Of a DNA stretch of 64,000 nt, positions 1-14,358 are shown piece by piece. The DNA is from Bigelowiella natans CCMP2755 (lineage: Eukaryota; Protista; Cercozoa). The notes under the pieces are model-generated. The model was not told the DNA's origin. It saw nothing but the letters and a program-made list of their open reading frames with translations, and made no database searches. The DNA is taken from positions 8,068 through 72,067 of the forward strand of contig ADNK01001186.1 of the NCBI GenBank assembly GCA_000320545.1, given 5' to 3'. The position numbers and the translations under genes were made by a program. Position 1 is the stretch's first letter, and every line of letters begins with the position of its first letter.

Positions 1-36
1 ATTGCTCCTGATCATCATCATCATCACCATCGTCAG

Positions 37-205
37 GAGCAACCTCCCATAGACATTTACGGGCCTCAAGGACTAGGTAGCAGTCGATTGGAAATACGTA
101 TTCGATTAGGGACGGGGGGGGGGGGGGCGGAAGGGGGAGAGGGAAGGGAAAAGAGGGAGAGATTTGCCATTCTAATCGGCTCAAGAAACTTGAGCGTATT
201 GTATT

Positions 206-249
<44 letters not shown>

Positions 250-542
250 CATTGCGGCTGATATGCTACTTCAGGAGAATACTTGAATGTGATGGGAATG
301 ACAAATACTTTCGAGACGAAGCCTAGAGTACTAGTACAGTAGTAGAAGAAGAGACACAGTTGTAGTAATACTAGTACTAGTAGTATTGATAGTAGCGGAA
401 ATAGTAGCTGTAAGTAAGGAAGTGCTAGCCATTCTTCCAACTAACCAGCACGTCGTTTGAGCCTTCTAATTGCCGAATGAATAAAGAAGTCACAACGAAG
501 GATTTTCCGTTTAAACTCGTAACCTACACATCAACACAGTCA

Positions 543-582
<40 letters not shown>

Positions 583-1109
583 CACTTACTCGCACTGACA
601 CATATTTAGTTCAATCTTCACGAGCTGAAAGATCCTGACTATGTGGGGGTAAGTACTAGTGGTAGTAGGAGCAGCAGCAGTAGCAGTAGTTGTAGAAAGC
701 TATGCTTGATGAGCACAACGCCGCTCTCGCATTATCATTACGCACTCAGGAAGCGTAAGTACGTTTGCTGTCTGTACGTTGTTATCGTCATCGTCTCCTA
801 ACAGCCAGGCCCTCGTACTGGTTGGTCTATTTGTTGTTGTTGTTGTTGTTGTTAGGGCAAGCGCCTACACCATCAGATAAAGACGAGCGGCCCCGGTGAT
901 GACTGCGATTACAGGATGATGATGACGATGATGTTTTTGATGATGATAATGATGGTGATGGTGATGATGATGATGATGATGATGATTGCAGCAAGGATAT
1001 AGAATATACTTTGCCTTCGGCTGATATAATACAGCAGTTTTGATGCATACCATCCAGCAAATTTATCACAAGAGAAAAATGCGGAGGATTTGCTTCTTCT
1101 GCGCGCGCG

Positions 1110-1152
<43 letters not shown>

Positions 1153-1358
1153 GCACACACGCGCGCACTTGAGAACGCTGTTTTAATTCTTCTAACCATT
1201 GATCTTGCTACTACTACTACTACTACCACTACTACTACTACTGGTACCCAATATCAGGGGCTGGTGTGTTTGACGTGTGCGAAGATGATAAATGCGTCGT
1301 TAAAGCGGTAGGAGGCATAGCAGCAGAATATGACACAAATATATAAATATGATACACT

Positions 1359-1414
<56 letters not shown>

Positions 1415-1689
1415 AATGGGTGTATTTAAATAAGTGTAGATAAATTGTCCTCTAATACATGCTGCTACTCGCAGCTCGACGACGACGATGATGATGACGA
1501 TGATGATGAGAGAGCCTTGATTTTTGAATTAGGTTATGCTTCCACACGCTCCAAACATGAAATCCATCGCCTACGTGGTCCAGGTGAAGGATCGGTCCTT
1601 TTTAAGGACAAGAACATGGCATAGCATTGCAGATAGACTAGAGGGAGGACGACTGCGAAAGAGAGTGGAACTAGATTCCAACAATATTC

Positions 1690-1741
<52 letters not shown>

Positions 1742-1746
1742 TTTAC

Positions 1747-1780
<34 letters not shown>

Positions 1781-2012
1781 ATAAATATATATTATATTAA
1801 AAATCTGTGTAGTCTGTCTGTCTCTGTGTGTGTGTGTGTGTGTGTAAAAGTTATATATGTGTTTGTGTGGTGATATGCCCAGGAAAAGAGCATCGTTGGA
1901 CGCGTAGATGTGAAGGCATTGTCAGCTCGCGGGGTTCTGCCGGTATAAAATTACTACGATGGTGTGCAATGTTTATGCCCCCAAATTTTACGTGTATAAA
2001 GATGTATTATAT

Positions 2013-2048
<36 letters not shown>

Positions 2049-2242
2049 AGGGCCCTATCTACAAGAGAATCAAGAATGGAGAGAAGATAACTCTTCCAAA
2101 TGGCGACGTGGTTGTCTTTTCTTAGACTTGCGACGACGTTCTTATGTCAGCTATATTCTGTTTGTGAAAAGTCCGGAAAGTGCACCCGCATTTCCATTCT
2201 TTCGTCTTCTTACATCTCCCCCCGCCCTCCTTTTCCCTCCAG

Positions 2243-2281
<39 letters not shown>

Positions 2282-3801
2282 GACTACACAAAAACACAAT
2301 GCGTAACTATATTTTTCATGCGTGTTCTCTGCGTACATCGATTAGATAAACGGAGCGGACTTCTTAGGACCTCGAAAGCCAGGGCGAAAAATCGGTGAGG
2401 AGAAGAAGAAAAACACGACAAACAGAAGAAGAAGAAGAAGAAGAAGATAGGAAGAAGAAAGAACATAGGAGTAGCTTTACTGTGGTCTTCCTGCAATTCC
2501 CCGATATACATTATGTACGTGGGTGTTTGTGGGATATGAGTTTCTACCAAGCTGCTGCTATGTTTTACACGTTTGGTCGAATTTTTTGTGTTCTCTAGGG
2601 GACATAAAAAGAGAACCCCCCCCCCCCCCCCTCCCCTTTGCCCCCGCTTCTCTCCCTTTTTGTTGAGAGCATTTGTGCTTTCAGTGGGCACCAACGCATG
2701 CCAACATAACACGGGAATAATCAGCTTGATTAGATTTTCCGACATGACGTGTGTGTGGGGGGGGGGGGGGGGGGTGCGCGTTTGATGTGGTGATAACGTA
2801 CCTATGCCCTTCTGCTCCCCCGCCACAGCAATCGTGATGGACAACAAGAACTCGGAAGGCGTCGTTGATTTAGCTTACGGAGCGGATGTCATGGTTAGAA
2901 ATCGCCTCGTCGTAGCAGTAGAAAGCCTCTGAGAGTGGCTTGACATCGCTCGAATAGCGTCCATATTTCTGCTGCGACACTACTATTCTCCATGGGTTGA
3001 ACGTCACGCTTTCCCTCCGCCCTCGATCATTGTTAGATTCATGAGTCCAGCTTCGAGGCGGGGCTCCGTAAGGTGGCGGAGAAGAAGGGCCATTGCACGT
3101 CGAAGATGGCAGGGGAGACGGCGAGAGAAGCGGGTAGTTGAGGGCTAACCGAAGTACAATGCCGTCAAAGCAGCATTTATGGGGCGGAGAGAAGATGGGA
3201 GTTATTCTGCCCCCACCCCCCCCCCTCCCCCCCTCCTTTATGTTCCGTGAGTTCTGGAAATCGCGTGGATTCTCCTTGCGTGCTGATGCGGAGGGGGAGA
3301 CAAGGATGATACTGATAATGATGATGATGATGGTGGTGGTGGTGGTGCTTTCGCAGGAGTCAAGCAGCTTGTGTTGACGCATTTCAGTAATCGCTACGCC
3401 TTACTCAACTCGGTCGTTGTCAGTCTAAATTATTGACCAGTTTTCTCGTGATTCATCTCATGCGAACGATTGGGAAAATCAATCCAACACCTCCGCGCGT
3501 TAAAGCACTGGCTCGCATTGTCGGCTGGGGGGAGATTAACGTACAATGCCATCTTTTGCCATTAGGTGCCTGGCCTCCCAGGTGTTGATCTTCTCGTTGA
3601 TGAAGCAATGGAAGCTTTCAGATCTGATAATGTACGTCTCGATGTGTATTCACTCATGCGCCCTCTATGTGTGTGTGTTGTGTGTGTGTGTGTGTGTGTG
3701 TGATTATTTCTCAGCCGTGCGTTTTATTTTTTATAACTTTACAGGTTGTGGCTGCGATAGACTTTATGTCGATTCCTATTACCAGAGCCTCCTCGGATTA
3801 G
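37..3801 (+). CDS. rnz: tRNase Z (RNase Z, metallo-beta-lactamase fold), multi-exon; 5' end lies upstream of the window
   Basis: Hand-spliced GT-AG exons give PIDIYGPQGL ... VMLPHAPNMKSIAYVVQ|EKSIVGRVDVKALSARGVLP|GPIYKRIKNGEKITLPNGDV|INGADFLGPRKPGRKI|AIVMDNKNSEGVVDLAYGADVM|IHESSFEAGLRKVAEKKGHCTSKMAGETAREA|GVKQLVLTHFSNRY ... VVAAIDFMSIPITRASSD*. This covers the GP-rich flexible arm, HEAT-like, HST-like and THFSxRY motifs. Not captured by the ORF track. Confidence 0.9.
210..2280. repeat. Intronic microsatellite clusters ((TA)n, (CA)n, (GCAC)n, (GAT)n, (TAC)n); representative of nearly all introns in the window
   Basis: Directly visible arrays, e.g. (TA)n at about 210-250, 1379-1411, 1694-1741 and 2015-2044; (GCAC)n at 541-584. 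Confidence 0.95.
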
Positions 3802-3939
3802 TATCTTCGTCGTAGTGATGGCTGCAGTGCTTTCGTGTGTATGGGCGCATGTCAATAATATATTGGAAGATTAGTATCTTCGTCGTAGTGATGGCTGCAG
3901 TGCTTTCGTGTGTATGGGCGCATGTCAATAATATATTGG
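3796..3939. repeat. Perfect 71-bp direct tandem duplication (period 73) spanning the RNase Z stop codon and proximal 3' UTR
   Basis: gattagtatcttcgtcgtagtgatggctgcagtgctttcgtgtgtatgggcgcatgtcaataatatattgg at 3796-3866 and 3869-3939. Confidence 0.95.
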
Positions 3940-4236
3940 TATAGCAAGATATTTCTGACGCATGCAAGCACATTACCACCTAGGCTGAGCTAGCTGAGGC
4001 CATCATGTGCGCCTGGCTACGCTTGCATGCATATCTAGATGTGCACAAGTGTGTGTGTGCGTGTGCGCATGCTAGCATGTGCGTGTCTCTGCCAAATGCT
4101 CTGCAGCAGCAAATGCTTTGACATGGCTACGATCACACTAGCTAGCTAGCACATACAGCATCGAAGTTCGAGCTGCTAGTCGAAGAAGGCGGGGTGCTTG
4201 CTACTAATTGATGTTCTACCATCATCCGTTTTACAT

Positions 4237-5790
4237 TCATTCCTTTTCTTCCAGTGCTTCTGAACTTCGATTTGACGACCGACGCCATTCGCTCACCAGC
4301 CCAGTCAGCAGACCCTGGTCCTTCTTAAGCAGGTCTGCGGGAGCTCCATACTCCCCGACTCTGCCTTTTTCCATCACAAGTACCCTGTCGAACCGCTCGA
4401 TGTGCTCGAGCCGGTGGCAGATCACGAGCACTGTGCGCCGTAGCGAAAATAACACTTTATGAATCTGGAGGTCGGTGGCAAAGTCCACCTGCAATTGCGC
4501 CGGGTTGTTGTTGCGACATGCAATAATATTGGAAATAACGGGTGAGTCGTAAGCAGAAGCAGAATCAGCAAGATTAAGAAAATAGTAGAGCTATTGGACG
4601 CAGTTTCGTATTTTCAAATTTTGTTCCTGAGGAAGATGCTAGTGGGTAATTTCACGCCCCCTTTCTTCTCTCCTCCCTCCTACTCCTCTTTTCAAACGCA
4701 CATTTGCTGTAGGTTCATCGCATATGAGGAGCCCTGTGGGGTCTATCAGAGCTCTCGCCAGACAGATGAGTTGCTTTTCCCCTTCGGAGAGATTTGAGCC
4801 TCCTTCTGAGATTTGGGTGTGCAGCCCACCTCCCCCCGGCAGGGACCGGACCGCATCTGCAACCCCTACTCGCTCCAGAAGCGCCCATACATTTTCTTCT
4901 GATGGTTGTGAGTGAATGACGCACGAGGAATAAGACCCTGGCGAAGATGTATGCTACTTCCATAAGTAGTCTAAGAAAGAAGACCCGAAAATGTGTGCGA
5001 GAAGAGAGATTAAGAAGAGGGGAAGGGGGGGGGGAAGGGGGGGTGAAGGAGAAACAGTTTTCTCTTGAGAATGCGGTTGGAGGAAATTCTATTCTCACCT
5101 GCAGCAGCGGTAGCGTTACCTGTTCTTCCCCTCATATCCTGTTTCGCCCCATGTCTCTTCCCCCTCGCCCCCACCCGCTTCCCCTCTTCTCCAAGTTGGA
5201 AGTTCTCAAGGATGGTGCCCTGGAATAAGGCAGGGGTTTGTGGGATGTACGTTATCGAGTCTCGTAGCTGCCTCAGCGATATCGTTTTGATGTCTCTTCC
5301 ATCCAGCAAGATCCGCCCCGAGCATAGACCATACGCTCGAGCGATGGCAAGGCACAACGAGCTTTTCCCCGCCCCTGTCCGTCCGACAATGGCAATTTTA
5401 TGCCCAGCCTTGACTCTGAAACTCAGTCCTTTCAAAGCGTAGTGGTAGTAATTGCTGCTGTGGCTTGGCGTTCCCCTGCTGGGGGCTCCATCAACTTCTG
5501 TTTCCCTGTCGTCCCCTGCTCTCTGGCCTGGATCGCCATTCATGGCAGTCTTCTTGCTTTCGCTGGAAGGGCGTTGTTTTTGGTAACGGAGATGTACACT
5601 CTCAAAGCTGATGCTCATTGCCGCCGCTACGTCCGTCGCCAAATCCTCCTCCCCCTCGTTGTTGTCGTCATTGTTGTAGCCACGATCCCTGGCCTTATCA
5701 TCATTAAGAGATGAAATGACGGCAGCAATCGGAGAAGAGTTGATGGAGTAGATGTGTTGATGATGATGAAGAGCCCCCTCAGACAACAGG

Positions 5791-5822
<32 letters not shown>

Positions 5823-6729
5823 GCGAGACGGAGGATGAGGAGGAGGAACCCAAGGACGGCGACGAGGAGGAAGAGAAGTTCTTGTGTTGTTGTCATCACC
5901 AAAGAAAGAGGAGTGGGGAGCAGCAGAGGAGCTGGCAGCACCCTCTAAAAGCGGCTGCCGCAGCATAGATTCCATCGTTGATTTAGGCTTTTCATTCCCC
6001 TCCCCCCCCCGCTCCTCGGGCTCTATCTCGGAATACTCGGCAATGCGCTCGATGGCTACGAACTCCATCTCCGCGTTTGCGTACTGCCGAATGAAGGCAT
6101 TGATGGCCCCGGGAAGCTGCAGCGCGTAGGTCAACACGAGCGCAGCGGCTGCAGGCGACAAGGCTCCCGTCGAGGACTCGTACACGACCAAAACCGAGGC
6201 AAAAAGAACGAACACCGCCCCCATAGTTTCCATGGCGCATGTCACCCACTGATTCGCTGCCCAGAAGGCTAATGCAACAACAGCGATGAAACACAACGAC
6301 GACGACGACGACGACGACGACGATGATTTCTTTCATTTTTTCACCGACCAAATGCGGTGTGCATGCGTTTGGTTGGCGAAGAGGAATGAATGGGGGTAGG
6401 CGTGTGGGCCAAAATGCAGCCAGGACTGATATATTTCCCCCCAACGCTTCTCCTCCTGCCCTAGCGCTTAAGTCCCATGCAAACAGGATGCAGTGTTTAA
6501 AGGTGTGGTGATGGGGTATGGTTAGCTACGAAAACTGCGTAAAAATAGCGACTGGAACAGTACGACAATAGAATTTTCCGCGCGGTATCATTATTGATAT
6601 CATCAGCATTACCGATGAAACTCCTCGCATTCATGTTAAGGTGACTCAGGAACTCCGTCTCGAATATAGCCGTTGCACGATGAGCCTGTTGGTAGGAAGG
6701 CATTGTTTGGTTACTGTCATCCAGCATAT

Positions 6730-6792
<63 letters not shown>

Positions 6793-7684
6793 ATTCACAC
6801 ATACATACACTCACACACGCACTCATCACCGCCCCCAAGTCGCTGAATCAAATGCATGTGCGCAAGAAAGATACACATGGTCGTCGCCACTTGTCCTTGA
6901 CTACAACTAGTTGAATGACCTGGATCACACACATCCCTTGCACAACCTCACCAAAGAAACTAAGGACAGGAGCACGCAGCCTAGCGTCCAAGCGCCTCAG
7001 ATCACGGGACCCCCAGCGATATCTCTCGGCAACGACGTAGTAAGGAATGCCTAGCAGAGAGGGAGGGAGGGAGGGACGGAGGGAGGAGGAGAGGGCGAGG
7101 GATTACTACGATGACGACGCACGTAAGTCTCAGAAAGATCTGCTTTTCAGATGCATTCGGAGCAGGTGTTTGGGCGCATACACTCATCATACTCGCCAGT
7201 GTACCCAATGGGAAGACAAGGAGCAGCGCGTACGGAACCGAGAACCCAATCACAACCACGACGCCCACGAATGAGAAGATTGAGTTGAGGGTATTGAACA
7301 TCACGCCGGCCAGTGTTTCGTCGACCTTAGCAATATCCGCCGTGAACCTGTTGTTACAACGAAGGAAGAGGGGGGGAAGGGGGGGGAGGGGGGAGGGTGA
7401 CGAAGAAGGAGAAGAAATGAACGAAAAGAGAAGAAAGAAGTAAAAAATGGCTTGTTTAGCTAGAATATTGTTGGAAAATAATGGGAATCACTCTCTATTG
7501 ACAACGTGCCTATCCCTAACCCCCTCCCCTCTTCAATCAGCGTAAAATCATCACCGATTTAAGCTTTTCCCCACAGGGTGACTATCGAAGAAGCTGAGCG
7601 GCGCGGCAAGGACGGAAGAAAGCATTTTGTCATGGATTTGCCTGCTGGCCTTTATAGAGCCAAGTCCTGTATATAAATAAATAA

Positions 7685-7726
<42 letters not shown>

Positions 7727-7759
7727 GTGACGGAATTGGTGAGAATGACGATGACGATA

Positions 7760-7795
<36 letters not shown>

Positions 7796-8868
7796 GCGGT
7801 GGTGAAGATGACAGCAAGAGACGACAACTCATACACAGCATTTTCTACACTTAGCATCACTTTTTCTCCTGATAATACATTAAACAACATTTGCATTGAT
7901 AAACAATACACACACCCATTCTACGCTATTGTACTCCTATTTTTCTTCCTCCTCCTCCTCCTCCTCCTCCTCCTCCTCCTTCTCCCCCTCCTCCTACTAC
8001 TACTTCTACTACTGTAGCTACCCAACGATAGTCCCAGAAGGAGCTGCATGATCATTCCAGCAACTGCGAGAGCAGCAAAGACAAACACATAAATAAGCTT
8101 TGTTGTGTTCTTCGACGTCCAAATCGACAACCAAACTGTGGTCATGACTGTGCACGCCTGAGCGAGAGCTTGGCACAATAGGCTCACGCACGTAACTCCA
8201 ACACCAAGACCCCTGATCATGATGCAGAACGGGGGGGAGGGGGGGGGGGGGAGGATGAGGAGGAGGAGGATGGAAGGAATGAATGCTGATGATAGTGCTG
8301 GTGGCCAAAAGTATTGTCAATACTTCTGTGACTATTCAGGCGCGTCGATTTGGGATTTGGGATGTTCGCAAATCAAAACCGTTCTCACCTTAGATAAAAC
8401 GCCACGTGCGACAAACGCAGCACACCCGAGGAATCGTCATCGCCTTCCACTTGGAGCTGCTCCCTTTTGTCACCGCAGCCCATACTTGGATCCGGTGAAT
8501 TCTGGGTGAATTCTTCTCCGCTGATCTCCTCCAGAGAGTGTCTCAGGGTGATGTTGTTGTAGGAGAGGGTGGAGGGGCGAGAAGAGCCGTCTTGGAATCC
8601 TGCTTGGTGTCCTTTCTCTCTTCCTTCTCCCCCCCCCTCCTTAGCGTTTTGCAGTGAAATCATTTTCTTTGACTCTCCTCCTCCTTTATTCGTCCCCGCT
8701 GGGGTTTCTCGACTTTCCCTCTTCTTCGTTGGGGTGATGGGTGCAGCAGAAGTAGTAGAGCTAGTGGCCATAACCCTAGTAATTGCACGCTCCATGTCTG
8801 TGTCATATGGCCCGAAAGCTACGCAGGACCTGAACATAGCATCCACACCATCATCGTGTTTTCGTTGC

Positions 8869-8902
<34 letters not shown>

Positions 8903-10797
8903 GCTATCATCATTAGCAGCATCATCATTCATTTCATTGGCCACAGTAACAGCTGTTCTTCTTGTACGGTGTGCGCTACATATAGGCGGAAGGGGTGCGG
9001 CAGCTGCCAGTAGAAATACATCCCGCGTAACATGAGCATGCATGGCCTCCCCTAGTTGAGACTGACCCATCTTGCGCCAGCACCAGCACTTTATCGACGA
9101 AGGGCGACCTTGCAAACTGGAGCTGGTGGGTCACAACGACACGTGTCTTTCCTCTCAACACGCCGGCGACGCACTCGTGGAAGATGGTTCGCGCTACTTT
9201 GGCGTCCACGGCAGAGAGGACATCGTCGAGTAGGTATAGGTCGGAGTCGGAGTAGACTGCTCGTGCCAGCGCCACGCGCTGCCTTTGGCCCCCGCTCAAT
9301 CTGCGCCCGCCCTCCCCAACGACGGTCCTATCGCGATGGGGGAGAGCCTTGATGTCTTTGATTAGCGCGCAGCTCTGCAGGGCCAGAAGATATCGCTGCT
9401 CGTCGTCGATGCATGGGAAGTAAGAGGAGGAAGAAGAAGAAGAAGAATACGACAAAGCACTAGCCGTTTGGTTGGATTGTGGGCCTCTTCTCCGACTATC
9501 TTTCAGCTCTTCAACGCGGCTTTCGCTGTTTCCTCGCCTTGCCCCTTTACTCCTCCTCCTCTTCTTTGATTCGAGGTGCAGCGTGCCGCAATTCGTTTCC
9601 CTGCGGTAGAACCGTGTGACGTTGTCGCGCACTGAGCGGTCTTCTAGCCATGGCTTTTGGCCAACGATCGTGATTTTTGGAGGACGGCGGTCACCATCGC
9701 GCATGCTGCTATTGCTGCCACCAACATAACAGTATCTTCTTCCGGAGACTGTCGTCATGTCGCCCATCAAAGCGTGCAGCATTGACGATTTCCCGGCCCC
9801 GACTGGCCCGACGACTAACACGAGCTCTCCGCTCCTTATGCAGAAATTTAAGCGCTTCAGCGTCGCTGGCATTGATGACGGCCTCCCGACTAAAACTGCG
9901 TATGAATGACGTAGTTCTTCATCATTAACACTCTCTCACCACCACCATCATCATCATCGTCATCATCAGCATCATCACCATAGAGATGGCTCGCCTAGAA
10001 CATCGATCGATCCATCATGCACCAGTAATGTCAGGCATTTTATGTTTTTCTCTCTTTCTAGTTTTCCCTTCTCGGTCGGTCGTTGGCACATTTACTACAA
10101 CAACAATAACAACAACTACTACTACTACTACTACTGCTGCTGCTACTACTACGACTACAACTACCTTTTCCTTCCCTCCCACCATCACCACCATCATCAC
10201 CATAGCCGTCTTCGTTATCGGCTATATCTTCGTTCTCCCTCCTCGTTTGCTTTCCTTCACCCTCTCGCTTCTCGCTGTTCTTTCTGCCTAGAAGCGAAGA
10301 ATCTGGTCGATTCCAGGAAAGAGAGCACATCTCGAATCCTAGCGTCAACAACGCCTTGTTATCATGGGCACCGCTGGCACCACTCGTCGTGGATACTTCA
10401 TGTGTTGTAGCCGTCGGGTTGTGTGGGAGCTCTCTCGGCGGCGCGCTCTCCTTCTGCGGTAACAGCGAAGATGATGATTCGGCCTCGGGGAGGAGTAGGA
10501 AATCCTTTAAGCGTGAGAGAGAGATCGAAGCATCAATGCTGCCTCGAACAAGCCAGGCCAAGCCCGTCAGAGAGGTCTTGAGACGGTCAAACCAGATGAT
10601 TGCCGTGAATGCTGTTGCTGGGGAGAGGGGCCGGTCGGTTGTCAGCGAGTAGGAGACGAACGCGAGCACAATCGTCATGATCGGGCCCGCCTGGCTGACG
10701 AGGTAATTGAACATGTTAAGCACTATCTTGTACCACTGCAGGGTCAGCTCTTCCTGAGAATTGTGATGGTGGTAGCGGTGATGACGATGACGATGAC

Positions 10798-10834
<37 letters not shown>

Positions 10835-13800
10835 TTAACGAAGCATAGAGCACGTTCAAACAGAAAGAAAAAAATAAAACGTGCCGTGGCAATTTCTTGC
10901 CGATGATTACAAGATACCTCACGAATTTCGCTGGAACGCCTCTGAATCCAACCCTCCAATCTCAACAGCTTCGACACAAGAACAGCATTGAGAAATTGGC
11001 CGAGCAGCCCTGTCCGCAAATCGCGCTGGTGCATGATTCCCTTTGTTAGCGTTCCCTGCCTCTTTGCAAGACAGTACCCGACAGGGACGAGCACTATCAC
11101 AAGCATCGCTCCGACCAAGCCTGATGGCCCCAGGAGCGAGAAGAGGAAGTACACCGACACCATGAACTACCCACACACACACACACACACGTGCACACAC
11201 ACACACACATCAAATAAACAATTAAATAATACCTAGGTGCATATGAGGAGTGATGATGATGATGATGGATTAGCAGACTACTGCTTCAATGTTGGATTTA
11301 GGTTTAAATTCCAGCTACCACGAAACTGTTTTTAAGAAGGCAAAAGAAAGACGACTGGGATAGATAGCGGGGAGAAGAAGTCGTGGCCATCACATCAACA
11401 CATTCACGCAGTCTCCTACCTGAATGGCCGCTGACCACGAATTCCAATGAAACGACGCGATAAGGTAAGATTCCGCAATGCGCGCAGCATCTAAAGATAG
11501 AAAGCTCGTAAGCTTTCCAAAGCTCAACGTTCGTCTCTCCGATGGCCTGACGTGGCACAGCTTGTGCATTACAGCAGCAGAAAGGGCTAGACGCGTGTGA
11601 AAGACGCCGCGTGTGCTGACCATCCACATGCTGTGTAGGCATAGGCTGGAGACGATTGAGGCGGCGAAGAAGCCGAAGGCCAGGTGGTAGTTCCAGAACG
11701 ATGATGACGACTGACGGTCGGGGAAGGAAAAGTCATGGGAGGAATCGATAATATAAGTCATTCATGAGGAGGAGGAGGAGGAGGAGGAGGATGGGAGTGA
11801 TGTTGTGAATTGGGTGATGATGACAACGACAACGGTGATGATGATAATGACGATATTGATGAGACACTACCGTTTGTTGTCGTTGTAGATTTTCGAGGAG
11901 CTTGTTGAAAATGATGGGAACGGTGAGATTGGCCGCCAAGCTAGCTAGCTGCAAGGCTGCAGAGCCCCAAAACCTTCCCTTTACCAGTAGGTACAGGGTG
12001 TTTACGAGTGATGGATCACGCTCCTCTTCCTCTGCGCGAGAGACCTCCAAGCGCCATATTCCTACAAAATTGAAGGCGGGGAGGGAGTCAATAGTCTATA
12101 GTTACGTTGATAAATATTCTAAATAGAGAAGTAGCTGCTTACGTTGGAATTCTTGATGCACTCTCTTCGAATCGTCGCATTCACTGCGCTGCGGCAGGTC
12201 CGCAGCCCATATCCGTCCTTTTTGGTAAGCTTTGTTAAGAGTCGGGTAAATCCAGCAGAACATGATTACGCTGAATACACTCGCTGAATCTTCCCCTCCA
12301 CGCCCTTTTGCTCCTCCCATTTTCCTATCGGCTCTTCCGCTCCTGCCGTAGTCTTTGTTGAAGTCGTCATCATTGATGTCGCGGCCTTTCCCTATCCTGG
12401 CCATCTTTCCCCCATCCTCGTGAGCGTCGTTTGCGACTACAGATCGCAGTGCCTCTTTTTTGCTGCTACTCATGCTGCTGCGAATCTCACGCTGGGGCTG
12501 TGAGGGCATCATCGCATCTGTCCTGCCGCTGGGTTCATCATCGACCCCTCTTTCAAGTTTTATTGCAACGACAACAGGGTGGCAGCATAGTAGGAACATC
12601 GATGCGACCAACGCGGCAGCATGTACTGCTATCGCCATTCCCATAACAATTAGTGGCGGCATTCCGTCGATGTCACGGTTTTCATCTTGGGGTGAGGCTA
12701 GGCGCACTGAGAGGCCGTGAATGCGGATTGCAGCGATCACAATGTTAGCCGGGAACCAAAACCACCGTGTTGATCCTGTGTATTTGTTTTATGCGTTGGT
12801 ACAGATGTTAAGCGCTTTTTATCAGAATTCTAATAATTAGTAGAAGAAGAATGAAAAGGAGGTAATTGAACTGGTTCCGACGGGGATTGGTAGAAGTTGC
12901 GTATGATTAACACACATAGTGTGTAAGGAGATGAAAGAGATAGAATAATGTAACTTACTGACAAACAACCTGAAAAGAGGTCAGCAGAAGCAATGAGCCA
13001 CGCAAATGAAAACAGGGAATATGTCCAAATCATCGTCTCTCTGGGAAATGAGGATGGCACTCGGCCATCTAGAGTGACCAATACCACCAACACCTGAATC
13101 AAAACATCGTCCGTAATGCGGAAACCGATCGATATATCTCTTGATTTCATATCGGTGTGACAATTCTTCTATTGGTGCACGTACCACAGAGAGGCATGCG
13201 ACCATGATGTTTACCAGGAAAGACGCTATGACCTGAGTCAAACACGCGTACCATCATATCATCATCGAAAATCTCTATAGTTCAAACACACTGATTTATT
13301 GTGTATGCAAATTTTGTAAGTTAAATTAATGAGCCACTTTCGAGGAGGAGCATCGTTCCAGGGAACATATAGCTGTTGCCGTCCTTTGCGTTCTCCCCTT
13401 CTCTTCATCGATGTCTTCGTCTTGCTCAAGACGTTGATAGTTTCCTCTTCCAGTAGCACTCTTCCGTATTCTATCCCAACCATAACGAGTAACCCAGAGA
13501 GAACAAGAGGGTGGACAAAAAAGAGATCACCTGTTGAGAATGGAGACAAGAGCTCCCAGGCTTGCCAGAGCGGCAGGAACAGCAACAATGTAGACCAGTT
13601 CCAGGCATAGCGGTATCGCAACCTTCTCTGACGGATGATCGCTCTGACCTTTCCCAGAGCAGATCCCAGTAAACATCAAATACCTCCTCTGCCCCCACTA
13701 ACTACAGTGAGAGCTCCATTGTTGCAATCCACCCGGCCCTGAGAAAATGCTCGGAAAGTTATACGTCGAATCACCGGAACCACTGCGACAACAACAACAA

Positions 13801-14048
13801 CAACAACAACAAATTATGATTTCCAGGACAAGTTTATCTCCTAGGAAATAATACCCGGAAGGATCTAAATATAGATCGAATTGGAAACAGACAAATAAAA
13901 CGGCGAACAACAACAAAACAATATCGCGGCCTGTAGATCTACTGGAATCTTCCCATTTTGCATTTTCGTCAGGTAGTGGCGCAAGTCACTGGTCGCAACC
14001 CGTAAAACCACGGTAAAAACTCACCAAGAAAGCAAGGAAGTGCTCCAT
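4237..14048 (-). CDS. ABCC/MRP-family full-length ABC transporter, multi-exon
   Basis: NBD1 (8976-9872): [25 protein letters not shown]2 motifs [19 protein letters not shown] and [14 protein letters not shown]2: GRTGAGKSS, degenerate signature [24 protein letters not shown]. Lasso-like region [16 protein letters not shown]. The start codon at 14048 is tentative. Confidence 0.9.
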
Positions 14049-14358
14049 TGCGGAATGCGAAGGTTGAATCCAGGAGCACGGATCAGCTCGTACGTAGTTG
14101 GGGCACATTTGCACTGCTATTTACGTCGTCGTCATGGACAAAATGCGTGTCGTTCAGTCATAAATGAATGCGATTCGTCTGGAACATAGGTGTGTTCTAT
14201 GAGAGCGTCTGCAGCAATCCATACAACCCAAAGAGTTCCCCCCTCCCACCCCTATTTTCCACCATCTAACCGCCCTGTTATCGAAACGAAACGGGTCCAC
14301 ACAAATATGATTTTTTAGGCATCTCTTCACAACTTTTTTTGGTTTTTGCAGCAATACT

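Noticed and set aside
2284-3382. Minus-strand ORFs 2284-2847 and 2870-3382
   Set aside because: Antisense shadows of the plus-strand RNase Z exons and introns.
3796-3939. Direct repeats as a CRISPR-like array or LTR pair
   Set aside because: Only two adjacent copies with a 2-nt gap, no spacers, no cas or transposon ORFs, and a eukaryotic context.
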